NCBI RefSeq assembly: GCF_044324875.1
Contig: NZ_CP172185.1
DNA length: 64,000 bases
Origin: Escherichia coli
GTDB lineage: Bacteria; Pseudomonadota; Gammaproteobacteria; Enterobacterales; Enterobacteriaceae
Reading direction: 5' to 3' (one strand)
Below are positions 20,481 to 31,312 of this stretch, in pieces. A program made the translations under genes and the position numbers. How positions within the stretch are numbered: position 1 is the first letter of the stretch; every line of letters begins with the position of its first letter. The notes under the pieces are model-generated. The model did no database searches, was not told the origin of the DNA, and was given only the letters and a program-made list of their open reading frames with translations.

Positions 20481-21343
20481 GCTTAGTCAGCCGTTGTCTC
20501 CGGGTGTCGCGTGCGCAGTTGCACGTCATTCTCAGACGAACCGATGACTGGATGGATGGCCGCCGCAGTCGTCACACTGATGATACGGATGTGCTTCTCC
20601 GTATACACCATGTTATCGGAGAGCTGCCAACGTATGGTTATCGTCGGGTATGGGCGCTGCTTCGCAGACAGGCAGAACTTGATGGTATGCCTGCGATCAA
20701 TGCCAAACGTGTTTACCGGATCATGCGCCAGAATGCGCTGTTGCTTGAGCGAAAACCTGCTGTACCGCCATCGAAACGGGCACATACAGGCAGAGTGGCT
20801 GTGAAAGAAAGTAATCAGCGATGGTGCTCTGACGGGTTCGAGTTCCGCTGTGATAACGGAGAAAAACTGCGAGTCACGTTCGCGCTGGACTGCTGTGACC
20901 GTGAGGCACTGCACTGGGCGGTCACTACGGGCGGCTTCAACAGTGAAACAGTACAGGACGTCATGCTGGGAGCGGTGGAACGCCGCTTCGGCAACGAGCT
21001 TCCGGCGTCTCCAGTAGAGTGGCTGACGGATAATGGTTCATGCTACCGGGCTAATGAAACACGGCAGTTTGCCCGGATGTTGGGGCTTGAACCGAAGAGC
21101 ACGGCGGTGCGGAGTCCGGAGAGTAACGGCATAGCAGAGAGCTTCGTGAAAACGATAAAGCGTGACTACATCAGTGTCATGCCCAAACCAGACGGGTTAA
21201 CGGCAGCAAAGAACCTTGCAGAGGCGTTCGAGCATTATAACGAATGGCATCCGCATAGTGCACTGGGTTATCGCTCGCCACGGGAATATCTACGGCAGCA
21301 AGCCAGTAATGGGTTAAGTGATAACAGGTGTCTGGAAATATAG
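20438..21343 (+). CDS. insD: IS2 transposase OrfB (InsD), expressed by -1 frameshift from OrfA
   Basis: 301-aa ORF with integrase-core-like region; overlaps insC in -1 frame. Confidence 0.85.
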
Positions 21344-21718
21344 GGGCAAATCCAGGATCGTGGTTAACCGGGGCGATTTTCCGGTGATCAAACTGGGTAA
21401 CGCCAGACTGCGACTGTCCAGGCGTAAACGTCGTCGAAAGGGCGAGCGTTCAGCCGAGAAAGGCGGAGGAAGTGTTCTTGTCGTGGGGAACCGCCGTATT
21501 CCGGGGGCTTTTATCCAGAGACTTAAAAACGGTCGCTGGCATGTTATGCAGCGGGAAGCAGGCCGAAATCGTTATCCTATTGATGTGGTGAAAATACCGA
21601 TGCAGGCTCCGCTGACGTCAGGGGTGCAGGAGAATATCACACGGTTGTACAGGGATAAGTTTCCCGCAGAACTGGCTGCCGCACTGAAACAGAAGATACG
21701 AATGGAGGTGAAAAAGCG

Positions 21719-22114
21719 ATGAAGCATACTGATATCCGCAATGCCGTGCTGAATGCGCTGGAGGAGACTACCGAGGGTGTGACGCTGTATGACGGACTGC
21801 CCGCCGTTATCGAAGACGGGGATTTTCCGGTTATTGCCGTTTATATCACGGATGCTGCATATACAGGTGAGGTGCTTGATGCGGATACGTGGGAGGCCAC
21901 TCTGCATATTAATCTGTTTCTTCCGGTCCAGGTTCCTGATGCTGAACTGGATGACTGGATGGAAAAACGCATTTATCCGGCGATTGAAAATATCCCCGCT
22001 CTGGCCGGACTGATAACCACCATGGTACCGCAGGGCTATGATTACCAGCGTGATCAGGACATGGGGTCATGGAGTGCGGCAGATCTGACTTATACCATTA
22101 CATACGATATGTGA
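21719..22114 (+). CDS. U: Minor tail protein U (lambda gpU-like)
   Basis: 131 aa; MKHTDIRNAVLNALEE...DLTYTITYDM parallels lambda U. Confidence 0.85.
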   Translation: MKHTDIRNAVLNALEETTEGVTLYDGLPAVIEDGDFPVIAVYITDAAYTGEVLDADTWEATLHINLFLPVQVPDAELDDWMEKRIYPAIENIPALAGLITTMVPQGYDYQRDQDMGSWSAADLTYTITYDM

Positions 22115-22123
22115 GGCTGAATA

Positions 22124-22861
22124 ATGACAACACCGAATCCGGCAGCACCGGTAAAAGGTGCAGGAACCACGCTCTGGGTATACACCGGAAAAGGGGATCC
22201 GTATGCGAATCCACTGTCCGATGTTGACTGGGAGCGTCTGGCAAAAGTGAAGGATCTGGCTCCCGGTGATATGACCGCTGAGTATTATGATGATAATTAT
22301 CTTGATGACGACGATGCGGACTGGGTTTCCACAGGGCAGGGGCAGAAGTCAGCAGGAGATACCAGTTTTACGCTGGCATGGAAACCCGGCGAAAACGGGC
22401 AGCGAGGGTTACTGGCATGGTTCGATCAGGGGGATGTTCGTGCCTATAAAATCCGCTTTCCGAACGGCACGGTGGATGTTTTTCGTGGCTGGGTGAGCAG
22501 TATTGGCAAAGCGATTACTGCAAAGGATGTTATCACGCGTACTGTAAAAGTGACCAATGTCGGACGTCCGTCTCTGGCGGAAGATCAGGGCAGTGTTACG
22601 GCGCTCACCGGTATTACCCTGACACCATCCACTCATACCTTGGCGAAGAACAGCACTGTGGATCTGACCGTGGCACTCCAGCCTGCGCGGGCTACCGATA
22701 AAACTTTCCGTGCCATTTCCACCGACACATCAAAAGCGACGATCAGCGTTAATGATATGACCATCACAGTGAAGGGCATCGCTGCGGGTAAATCGCAGAT
22801 CCTGGCCATCAGTGGTGACGGTCAGTTTGCGGCTGTCGCAGAAATCAATGTTACGGGCTGA
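22124..22861 (+). CDS. V: Major tail protein V with C-terminal Ig-like domain
   Basis: 245 aa; position and size as lambda V. Confidence 0.9.
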   Translation: MTTPNPAAPVKGAGTTLWVYTGKGDPYANPLSDVDWERLAKVKDLAPGDMTAEYYDDNYLDDDDADWVSTGQGQKSAGDTSFTLAWKPGENGQRGLLAWFDQGDVRAYKIRFPNGTVDVFRGWVSSIGKAITAKDVITRTVKVTNVGRPSLAEDQGSVTALTGITLTPSTHTLAKNSTVDLTVALQPARATDKTFRAISTDTSKATISVNDMTITVKGIAAGKSQILAISGDGQFAAVAEINVTG

Positions 22862-22896
22862 TATCAGGCCTTTCTGCTTTTTCCGGAGTTTTACCG

Positions 22897-23301
22897 ATGT
22901 TTCTCAAAAATGAACCGTTTGAATATAACGGGCAGTCCGTCACGCTCACGGAACTGTCAGCCCTGCAGCGTATCAGCCACCTTGCCTTCCTGAAAGCGCG
23001 TGAAGAGGCTGAGGGGGGTGATGATATACAGGTGGCACTGGATGACACTATCCGGGAGGGGGCATACCTTGTGGCTATGTCACTGTGGCATACCCATCCT
23101 GTAAAGGGGACGCTGGGATCGCCGGAAGACGAAGAACGACAACTGATGAATGAGGTATTGCAGAGATGGCCGGTGGAGGCCATCTCTGCAGCATTCAGTC
23201 GTGTCATTGTTCTGTCGGGAATGGTGACCCCGGTACGGACCGCGCCGGAAGAGGAGGAGACTGAAGCGGTGACGGCGGGAAAGCCTTCGACAGTGAACTG
23301 A
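22897..23301 (+). CDS. G: Tail assembly chaperone G
   Basis: MFLKNEPFEYNGQSVTLTELSALQRISHLAF parallels lambda G. Confidence 0.8.
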   Translation: MFLKNEPFEYNGQSVTLTELSALQRISHLAFLKAREEAEGGDDIQVALDDTIREGAYLVAMSLWHTHPVKGTLGSPEDEERQLMNEVLQRWPVEAISAAFSRVIVLSGMVTPVRTAPEEEETEAVTAGKPSTVN

Positions 23302-23729
23302 ATTTTGTCCTGAGACTGGCGCGTGAGATGGGAAGACCCGACTGGCGCGCCATGCTGGCGGATATGTCATCAACGGAATATGCCGACTGGCATCAGTTTT
23401 ACCGTACGCATTATTTTCATGATGTGCTGCTGGATCAGCATTTTGCTGGGCTGACGTATACCGTGCTCAGCCTGTTTTTCAGCGATCCGGATATGCATCC
23501 GCTGGATTTCAGTCTGCTGAACCGGCGTGAGGCTGACGAAGAGCCTGAAGATGACGTGCTGATGCAGAAAGCAGCAGGGCTTGCCGGAGGGGTTCGTTTT
23601 GACCCTGCGGGGAATAAAGTCATCTGCATTGCCTCTGATGTGGAGGATATGACGGGGGATGGTGTCATGCTGATGACGATATCGGAAGGTATAGCAGGAG
23701 GTAGACGGTATGGCTCAACCGGTCAGTGA
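22897..23729 (+). CDS. Tail assembly chaperone G-T fusion via programmed -1 frameshift
   Basis: Slippery heptamer G GGA AAG at 23277-23283 in G frame; the -1 frame is open from there to 23729. Confidence 0.6.
23277..23283 (+). promoter_or_regulatory. Programmed -1 ribosomal frameshift slippery site GGGAAAG
   Basis: Same heptamer and frame register as the lambda G/GT site. Confidence 0.6.
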
Positions 23730-25077
23730 TCTTGTCGTTGATATGACGCTGGATGCCACCCGGTTCAGCGAACAGATCAAAAAGGTCAGGCAGCATTTTC
23801 AGCAGGTGGACAGTGATGCAGGAAAAACGGCTGTTGCTGTTGAGCAATCCATGTCCCGGCAGGCGGAAGCTGCCCGCCGTGCCGGGATATCCATCGGTCA
23901 GTATAAGGCTGCGATGCGCACTCTGCCCGCGCAGTTTACTGATATCGCCACGCAACTGGCCGGTGGTCAGAGTCCATGGCTGATCCTGTTGCAGCAGGGC
24001 GGTCAGGTGAAGGACTCCTTCGGCGGACTGATCCCCATGTTCCGGGGACTTGCGGGGGCCGTTTCGTTACCAGCTGTCGGGGTGGGGGCTTTGGCTGCAG
24101 CGACAGGAGCGCTGGCGTATGCCTGGTACCAGGGTGACTCAATCCTGTCTGATTTCAGTAAAACGCTCGTATTGTCCGGTAATCAGGCAGGACTGACGGC
24201 AGATCGTATGCTGGCCCTGTCCAGAGCCGGGCAGGCAGCAGGGCTGACGTTTAACCAGACCAGCGAATCACTCAGTGCACTGGTTAAGGCGGGGGTACGC
24301 GGTGAGGCTCAGATTGCATCCATCAGCCAGAGTGTGGCGCGTTTCTCCTCTGCATCCGGCGTGGAGGTGGACAGGGTCGCTGAAGCCTTCGGGAAGCTGA
24401 CCTCTGACCCGACATCGGGGCTGACGGCGATGGCGCGCCAGTTCCATAACGTGACGGCGGAGCAGATTGCGTATGTTGCTCAGTTGCAGCGTTCCGGCGA
24501 TGAAGCAGGGGCATTGCAGGCGGCAAACGAGGCCGCAACGAAAGGGTTTGATGACCAGACCCGTCGACTGAAAGAGAACATGGGCACACTGGAGACCTGG
24601 GCAGACAAAACTGCCGGAGCGTTCAGAAGCATGTGGGACGCTATTCTGGATATTGGTCGCCCGGAGTCCTCTGCTGACATACTGGATAAGGCGCAGAAAG
24701 CCTTTGATGAAGCAGATAAAAAATGGCAGTGGTATCAGAGCCGCAGTCACCGACGGGGTAAAACATCTTCATTTCGTGCGAATCTTCAGGGCGCGTGGGA
24801 TGACAGAGTAAATGCGCAACTGGGGCTTTCAGCGGCCACACTGCAGGCTGATCTTGAAAAAGCCAGTGAGATGGCTGCAAAATGGCATCTGAATCGATCG
24901 CAGTTTGGCATTCGAATCGATCATGATTTGGCATCCATCTCCGATCACAGTTTGGCATCACAATCGATCACGATTTGGCATGCTTCCGATCATTGATTGG
25001 CATCCTGCCAGTCACTCCGGGAATTAACTCTTTTCACCACAGTCTCCATTGCCGTGTTTAAACCAGTGGAGACGTCA

Positions 25078-26643
25078 ATGTCCAGAAAGAGAAAATCCAG
25101 GAGCACTATGGAAACCTGTTTTAAGATCCTTCAGCTCAAGTTCGACAAGAAGCTGACTAACCGTTGTATCGGACTGACGTTACACATCAGCGCCTCAACC
25201 GTTTTTGAGGTTCTTGCCCGCTTCAAAGCCTCTTCTCTGTCATGGCCATTACCTGCTGATATATCCCATGACACGCTGGAGAAACTCATTTTTCCGCCCA
25301 AAGACACCTTTGCATCAGAGCTTGTAATGCCTGACATGTTGTACTTCGATACGGAAATGAGAAAACCAGGTGTGACGCGGCAACTGTTGTGGATGGAATA
25401 CAAGGCACAGGCGGGTAACAAAGCGATGGGATACTCGCACTTCTGCCGTTGCTACCGGGAGTGGAAAAAAACGCGACGTCTCTCCATGCGCCAGGAGCAT
25501 CGTGCCGGCGAAAAGCTTTTTATCGACTTCTGTGGTCCTACGGTTCCTGTTATTAATCCGGACACCGGTGAGATACGCCGCGTGGCAATCTTCGTGGCCG
25601 TAATGGGGGCGTCCAACTATACCTACGTTGAAGCGTGCGAAGGTCAGGACATGATGTCATGGTTAAATGCCCACAGCCGTTGCCTGACCTTCCTGGGCGG
25701 CGTACCGAAGCTGCTCATCCCCGATAACCTCAGAAGCGCAGTGAAAAAGGCCGATCGATATGAGCCTGTCATCAACGACAGTTATCAGGCACTGGCTGAG
25801 CACTATGGCACGGTTATCATCCCGGCCCGACCACGCAAACCTAAAGATAAACCAAAAGCAGAAAACGGCGTCCTCATCGTTGAACGATGGCTTCTTGCCC
25901 GCATCCGTAATGAAACCTTCCACACGCTCAGGGCGCTGAATGCGCGCCTTAGGGAGTTACTGACAGACATGAATAACCGGCCAATGAAGGGGTACGGCAA
26001 TCAAACCCGTGCAGAACGCTTCCGCATACTGGATGCGCCAGCACTCTCTCCGCTGCCTCTGGCACCTTATGAATACACGGAATACAAAGCTGTGAAGGTT
26101 GGCCCTGACTACCACGTTGAATATGCCCGTCACTGGTACTCCGTTCCACACGAACTGGTCGGTCAGCGTCTGTCACTGAAGGCGGGGCAGTCGGTGGTAC
26201 AGCTCTGGCACAAGGGGCAGTGTGTGGCGCAACATCCGCGCAGCACACATGAATATAAACACACAACCAATCCGCTTCACATGCCAGAGCGCCACCGGCA
26301 GCACGGGACATGGACACCGGAACGCCTGATCGAGCAGGGAAAACGTACGGGCCCGTCCACAGGCCGGGTGGTTGAATCCATGCTGAAGGCAAAACCCCAT
26401 CCGGAACTGGCTTATCGTGCAGTTCTGGGGCTGCTGGCACTTCAGAAAAAATACGGCCCGGAACGGCTGGAAAAGGCCTGTTACGTTGCCCTGCACTATA
26501 ACGCCCCTGACAGACGCTTTATCGACAATCTGCTGCGTCACCATCGGGAGAACCTGGAGCTTCCATTATCCCGCCAGGGCGAACAACATCCGGCATATGC
26601 TTCAGAGCATGAAAACCTGCGTGGTCCGGGCTACTACCACTGA
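25078..26643 (+). CDS. istA: IS21-family transposase IstA
   Basis: N-terminal HTH-like region then integrase-core-like region; start uncertain (25078 or 25108). Confidence 0.8.
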   Translation: MSRKRKSRSTMETCFKILQLKFDKKLTNRCIGLTLHISASTVFEVLARFKASSLSWPLPADISHDTLEKLIFPPKDTFASELVMPDMLYFDTEMRKPGVTRQLLWMEYKAQAGNKAMGYSHFCRCYREWKKTRRLSMRQEHRAGEKLFIDFCGPTVPVINPDTGEIRRVAIFVAVMGASNYTYVEACEGQDMMSWLNAHSRCLTFLGGVPKLLIPDNLRSAVKKADRYEPVINDSYQALAEHYGTVIIPARPRKPKDKPKAENGVLIVERWLLARIRNETFHTLRALNARLRELLTDMNNRPMKGYGNQTRAERFRILDAPALSPLPLAPYEYTEYKAVKVGPDYHVEYARHWYSVPHELVGQRLSLKAGQSVVQLWHKGQCVAQHPRSTHEYKHTTNPLHMPERHRQHGTWTPERLIEQGKRTGPSTGRVVESMLKAKPHPELAYRAVLGLLALQKKYGPERLEKACYVALHYNAPDRRFIDNLLRHHRENLELPLSRQGEQHPAYASEHENLRGPGYYH

Positions 26644-26659
26644 CAGAAGGAACAACAGT

Positions 26660-27415
26660 ATGAGTGATAACCTGTTAAACAAACTGACCCAACTGAAACT
26701 CCCGGCGATGGCCGGGAGCCTGATACGGCAGCGGGAAACGCCTCAGACCTACGACGAACTGTCGTTCGAGGAAAGGCTGACGCTGCTGGTTGATGACGAG
26801 CTTCTGAGCAGGGAAAACAGCCGTGTGGCACGGTTGAGAAAAAATGCCGGCCTGAAATACCAGGCAACACCGGAAGGGCTGCGCTATCCGGCCTCAAGAG
26901 GTCTGCGGGCTGAACAGATGAGAGAACTGCTGAACGGCCACTACATAACCCACAGGAAAAACCTGCTGATAACCGGTCCGACAGGATGTGGCAAGAGCTG
27001 GATAGCCAATGCGCTGGGCGAACAGGCATGTCGACAGAAACACAGCGTCCGGTACTGTAGAACCGGGCGATTACTGGAACAACTGGCTCAGGGACGTGTT
27101 GATGGCAGCTGGCTGAAATATCTGAAACAGTTGCAAAAAATACAGGTTCTAATCCTGGACGATCTGGGGCTGGAACAGTTAAGTAACGCCCAGTGTAATG
27201 ACCTTCTGGAGCTCATAGAGGATCGTTACGGACAAAGCAGCACGATAGTGGTAAGCCAGTTCCCGGTAGATAAATGGCATGGTCTGATGGAGAACCCAAC
27301 AACAGCAGATGCCATCCTGGACAGACTGGTACATAACTCACACCGAGTGGTCCTTCAGGGAGAGTCACTGAGGAAAAATCCCCCGGTAGTGGAAAGCAGC
27401 GAAAAAACGCGTTAA
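26660..27415 (+). CDS. istB: IS21-family helper ATPase IstB
   Basis: Walker A GPTGCGKS, Walker B LILDDLG; 251 aa. Confidence 0.85.
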   Translation: MSDNLLNKLTQLKLPAMAGSLIRQRETPQTYDELSFEERLTLLVDDELLSRENSRVARLRKNAGLKYQATPEGLRYPASRGLRAEQMRELLNGHYITHRKNLLITGPTGCGKSWIANALGEQACRQKHSVRYCRTGRLLEQLAQGRVDGSWLKYLKQLQKIQVLILDDLGLEQLSNAQCNDLLELIEDRYGQSSTIVVSQFPVDKWHGLMENPTTADAILDRLVHNSHRVVLQGESLRKNPPVVESSEKTR

Positions 27416-28931
27416 AAAGCGGTAGAAAAAGTTAAGTTCCCGGTTGATCGAATGGATGCGAATCGCTGATCGGACTTCGATGCCAATCCGTGATCGAATA
27501 GAGCGGAATACGCAAGATGGCTGCAAAAGATCGTGCCGAATCAGAGGCTTCACGACTCAGGTACACTGAAGAGGCGCAGAAGGCTTACGAACGGCTGCAG
27601 ACACCGCTGGAAAAATATACCGCCCGTCAGGAAGAACTGAACAAGGCACTGAAAGACGGGAAAATCCTGCAGGCAGATTACAACACGCTGATGGCGGCGG
27701 CGAAAAAGGATTATGAAGCGACGCTGAAAAAGCCGAAACAGTCCGGCGTGAAGGTGTCTGCGGGCGATCGTCAGGAAGACAGTGCTCATGCTGCCCTGCT
27801 GACGCTTCAGGCTGAACTCCGGACGCTGGAGAAGCATGCCGGAGCAAATGAGAAAATCAGCCAGCAGCGCCGGGATTTGTGGAAGGCGGAGAGTCAGTTC
27901 GCGGTACTGGAGGAGGCGGCGCAACGTCGCCAGCTGTCTGCACAGGAGAAATCCCTGCTGGCGCATAAAGATGAGACGCTGGAGTACAAACGCCAGCTGG
28001 CGGAACTTGGCGATAAGATTGAACACCAGAAACGGCTGAACGAACTGGTACAGCAGGCGGAGAAATTCGCACAGCAGCAACGGGCAAAACGGGCCGCCAT
28101 TGATGCGAAAAGCCGGGGACTGACTGACCGGCAGGCAGCGCGGGAAGCCACGGAACAGCGCCTGAAGGAACAGTATGGCGATAATCCGCTGGCGCTGAAT
28201 AACGTCATGTCAGAGCAGAAAAAGACCTGGGCGGCTGAAGACCTGCTTCGCGGGAGCTGGATGGCAGGCCTGAAGTCCGGCTGGAGTGAGTGGGAAGAGA
28301 GCGCCACGGACAGTATGTCGCAGGTTAAAAGTGCTGCCACGCAGACCTTTGATGGTATTGCGCAGAATATGGCGGCGATGCTGACCGGCAGTGAACAGAA
28401 CTGGCGCAGCTTCACCCGCTCCGTGCTGTCCATGATGACAGAAATTCTGGTTAAGCAGGCAATGGTGGGGATTGTCGGGAGTATCGGCAGCGTCATTGGC
28501 GGTGCTGCCGGTGGTGGCGCATCAGTGTCAGGCGGTACAGCCATTCAGGCCGCTGCGGCAAAATTCCATTTTGCGACCGGGGGATTTACGGGAACCGGCG
28601 GCAAATATGAGCCAGCGGGGATTGTTCACCGTGGTGAATTTGTCTTCACGAAGGAGGCAACCAGCCGGATTGGTGTCGGCAACCTGTACCGCCTGATGCG
28701 GGGCTATGCGGAAGGTGGTTATGTGGGCGGTGCCGGAAGTCCGGCGCAGATGCGGCGGGCTGAAGGCATTAATTTTAATCAGAACAATCACGTGGTGATT
28801 CAGAACGACGGTACGAATGGTCTGCCAGGTCCACAGATGATGAAGGCAGTGTATGACATGGCCCGCAAGGGTGCCCGTGATGAAATTCAGGCACAGATGC
28901 GCGATGGTGGTCTGTTCTCCGGAGGTGGACG

Positions 28932-29261
28932 ATGAAAACCTTCCGCTGGAAAGTGAAACCCGGTATGGATGTGGCTTCGGCCCCTTCTGTAAGAAAGGTG
29001 CGCTTTGGTGATGGCTATTCCCAGCGAGCGCCTGCCGGGCTGAATGCCAACCTGAAAACGTACAGCGTGACGCTTTCTGTTCCCCGTTGGGAGGCCACGG
29101 CGCTGGAGTCGTTTCTGGCTGAGCACGGGGGCTGGAAGGCCTTTCTGTGGACGCCGCCTTATGAGTGGCGGCAGATAAAGGTGACCTGCGCAAAATGGTC
29201 GTCGCGGGTCAGTATGCTGCGTGTTGAGTTCAGCGCAGAGTTTGAACAGGTGGTGAACTGA
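28932..29261 (+). CDS. M: Minor tail protein M
   Basis: 109 aa; MKTFRWKVKPGMDVASAPSVRKVRFGDGYSQRAPAGLNANLKTYSVTL nearly identical to recalled lambda M. Confidence 0.9.
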   Translation: MKTFRWKVKPGMDVASAPSVRKVRFGDGYSQRAPAGLNANLKTYSVTLSVPRWEATALESFLAEHGGWKAFLWTPPYEWRQIKVTCAKWSSRVSMLRVEFSAEFEQVVN

Positions 29262-29959
29262 TGCAGGATATCCGGCAGGAAACACTGAATGAATGCACCC
29301 GTGCGGAGCAGTCGGCCAGCGTGGTGCTCTGGGAAATCGATCTGACAGAGGTCGGTGGCGAACGTTATTTTTTCTGTAATGAGCAGAACGAAAAAGGTGA
29401 GCCGGTCACCTGGCAGGAGCGGCAGTATCAGCCGTATCCCATTCAGGGGAGTGGTTTTGAACTGAATGGCAAAGGTACCAGTACGCGCCCCACGCTGACG
29501 GTTTCTAACCTGTACGGTATGGTCACCGGTATGGTGGAAGATATGCAGAGTCTGGTCGGCGGAACGGTGGTCCGGCGTAAAGTTTATGCCCGTTTTCTGG
29601 ATGCGGTGAACTTCGTCAACGGAAACCGTGACGCCGATCCGGAGCAGGAGGTGATCAGCCGCTGGCGCATCGAGCAGTGCAGTGATTTGACAGCGGTCAG
29701 CGCGACCTTTGTACTGGCCACGCCGACGGAAACGGACGGCGCTGTTTTTCCGGGACGTATTATGCTGGCCAACACCTGCACCTGGACCTATCGCGGCGAT
29801 GAGTGCGGTTATAGCGGTCCGGCGGTCGCGGATGAATATGACCAGCCGACGTCCGATATCACGAAGGATAAATGCAGCAAATGCCTGAGTGGCTGTAAGT
29901 TCCGCAATAACGTCGGCAACTTTGGCGGTTTTCTTTCCATTCACAAACTTTCGCAGTAA
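29261..29959 (+). CDS. L: Minor tail protein L
   Basis: 232 aa, same size as lambda L; Cys cluster CTWTYRGDECGYSG. Confidence 0.9.
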   Translation: MQDIRQETLNECTRAEQSASVVLWEIDLTEVGGERYFFCNEQNEKGEPVTWQERQYQPYPIQGSGFELNGKGTSTRPTLTVSNLYGMVTGMVEDMQSLVGGTVVRRKVYARFLDAVNFVNGNRDADPEQEVISRWRIEQCSDLTAVSATFVLATPTETDGAVFPGRIMLANTCTWTYRGDECGYSGPAVADEYDQPTSDITKDKCSKCLSGCKFRNNVGNFGGFLSIHKLSQ

Positions 29960-29963
29960 TTCC

Positions 29964-30707
29964 ATGACAGAGACAGAATCAGCGATTCTGGCGCACGCCC
30001 GGCGATGTGCGCCAGCGGAGTCGTGCGGCTTCGTGGTGAGAGCGCCGGAGGGGGAAAGATATTTCCCCTGCGTGAATATCTCCGGTGAGCCGGAGGCGTA
30101 TTTCCGGATGTCGCCGGAGGACTGGCTGCAGGCAGAGATGCAGGGTGAGATTGTGGCACTGGTCCACAGTCACCCCGGTGGTCTGCCCTGGCTGAGTTAG
30201 GCCGACCGGCGGCTGCAGGTGCAGAGTGATTTGCCGTGGTGGCTGGTCTGCCGGGGGGCGATTCACAAGTTCCGCTGTGTGCCGCATCTCACCGGGCGGT
30301 GCTTTGAGCACGGGGTGACGGACTGTTACACGCTGTTCCGGGATGCTTACCATCTGGCGGGAATTGAGATGCCGGATTTTCATCGCGGGGATGACTGGTG
30401 GCGTAACGGTCAGAATCTCTATCTTGACAATATGGAGGCGACTGGTTTTTACCGTGTCGCACTGACAGAGGCGCAGCCCGGCGACGTGCTGCTGTGCTGT
30501 TTTGGTTCATCGGTGCCGAATCATGCCGCCATTTACTGCGGCGACGGCGGGCTGCTGCACCATATTCCTGAACAACTGAGCAAACGAGAGAGGTATACCG
30601 ACAAATGGCAGCGACGCACACACTCCCTCTGGCGTCACCGGGCATGGCACGCATCTGCCTTTACGGGGATTTGCAACGATTTGGCCGCCGCATCGACCTT
30701 CGTGTGA
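29964..30707 (+). pseudogene. K: Tail tip assembly protein K with in-frame amber codon
   Basis: Aligns to lambda K throughout; TAG at 30198-30200 replaces the Glu codon in ...HPGGLPWLS*ADRRLQVQ...; frame continues unchanged after the stop. Confidence 0.8.
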
Positions 30708-31252
30708 AAACGGGAGCCGAAGCCATCCGGGCGCTGGCCACGCAGCTCCCTGCGTTTCGTCAGAAACTGAGCGACGGCTGGTATCAGGTGCGTATTGCCG
30801 GGCGTGATACAGGCGAAAACGAATTATCAGCCCGTCTTAATGAACCGCTGGCAAATGGTGCCGTGATCCACATCGTGCCGCGTCTGGCGGGAGCCAAACG
30901 TGGTGGTGTGTTTCAGGCAGTGCTGGGCGCGGCGCTGATTGCGGTGGCATGGTGGAACCCTGCAGGCTGGCTGGGGGCTGCGGCTTTATCGGGCATGTAT
31001 GCGGCAGGGGCCAGTATGGTGCTCGGTGGTGTGGCGCAGATGCTGGCACCGAAAGCCAAAACCCCCCGCACACAGACAACGGATAACGGCAAACAGAACA
31101 CCTATTTTTCTTCACTGGATAACATGGTTGCCCAGGGGAATGCTCTGCCCGTTCTGTACGGTGAAATGCGCGTGGGGTCACGGGTAATTTCGCAGGAGAT
31201 CAGCACAGCGGATGAGGGGGATGGCGTCCGGGTTGTGGTGATTGGTCGCTGA
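30605..31252 (+). CDS. I: Tail assembly protein I
   Basis: MAATHTLPLASPGMARICLYGDLQRFGRRIDLRVKTGAEAIRALATQ nearly identical to recalled lambda I N-terminus. Confidence 0.85.
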   Translation: MAATHTLPLASPGMARICLYGDLQRFGRRIDLRVKTGAEAIRALATQLPAFRQKLSDGWYQVRIAGRDTGENELSARLNEPLANGAVIHIVPRLAGAKRGGVFQAVLGAALIAVAWWNPAGWLGAAALSGMYAAGASMVLGGVAQMLAPKAKTPRTQTTDNGKQNTYFSSLDNMVAQGNALPVLYGEMRVGSRVISQEISTADEGDGVRVVVIGR

Positions 31253-31312
31253 TGCAAAATGTTTTATGTGAAACCGCCTCCGGGCGGTTTTGTCGTTTAT
31301 GGAGCGTGAGGA

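Larger units (their letters stand above)
20024..21354 (+). mobile_element. IS2 (IS3 family), 1331 bp, flanked by 5-bp target duplication GGATC
   Basis: Left end TAGACTGGCCCCCTGAATCTCCAGACAACC, right end GGGGCAAATCCA; GGATC at 20019-20023 and 21355-21359. Confidence 0.9.
19805..21722 (+). pseudogene. Z: Tail gene Z interrupted by IS2
   Basis: N-terminal part 19805-20023 (MENAIENLSRINRSAVPGAAAMALNR) and C-terminal part 21360-21722 (VNRGDFPVIKLGNARL...) both match lambda Z and rejoin in frame when IS2 and one copy of the GGATC target duplication are removed. Confidence 0.85.
24883..27516 (+). mobile_element. IS21-family insertion sequence (istA + istB); exact ends uncertain
   Basis: Two ORFs typical of IS21 family; multiple subterminal repeats TTTGGCAT...GATC at both ends; host sequence AGATGGCTGCAAAA identical on both flanks. 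Confidence 0.8.
23710..28935 (+). pseudogene. H: Tape measure gene H interrupted by an IS21-family element
   Basis: N-terminal 391 codons (23710-24882) and C-terminal 468 codons (27529-28935) rejoin in frame (...ASEMAAK|DRAESE...) for about 859 aa, similar to lambda H (853 aa). Confidence 0.8.

Noticed and set aside
27894-29965. Several minus-strand ORFs of 216-268 aa
   Set aside because: Antisense to tape-measure H, M and L, which are well supported.
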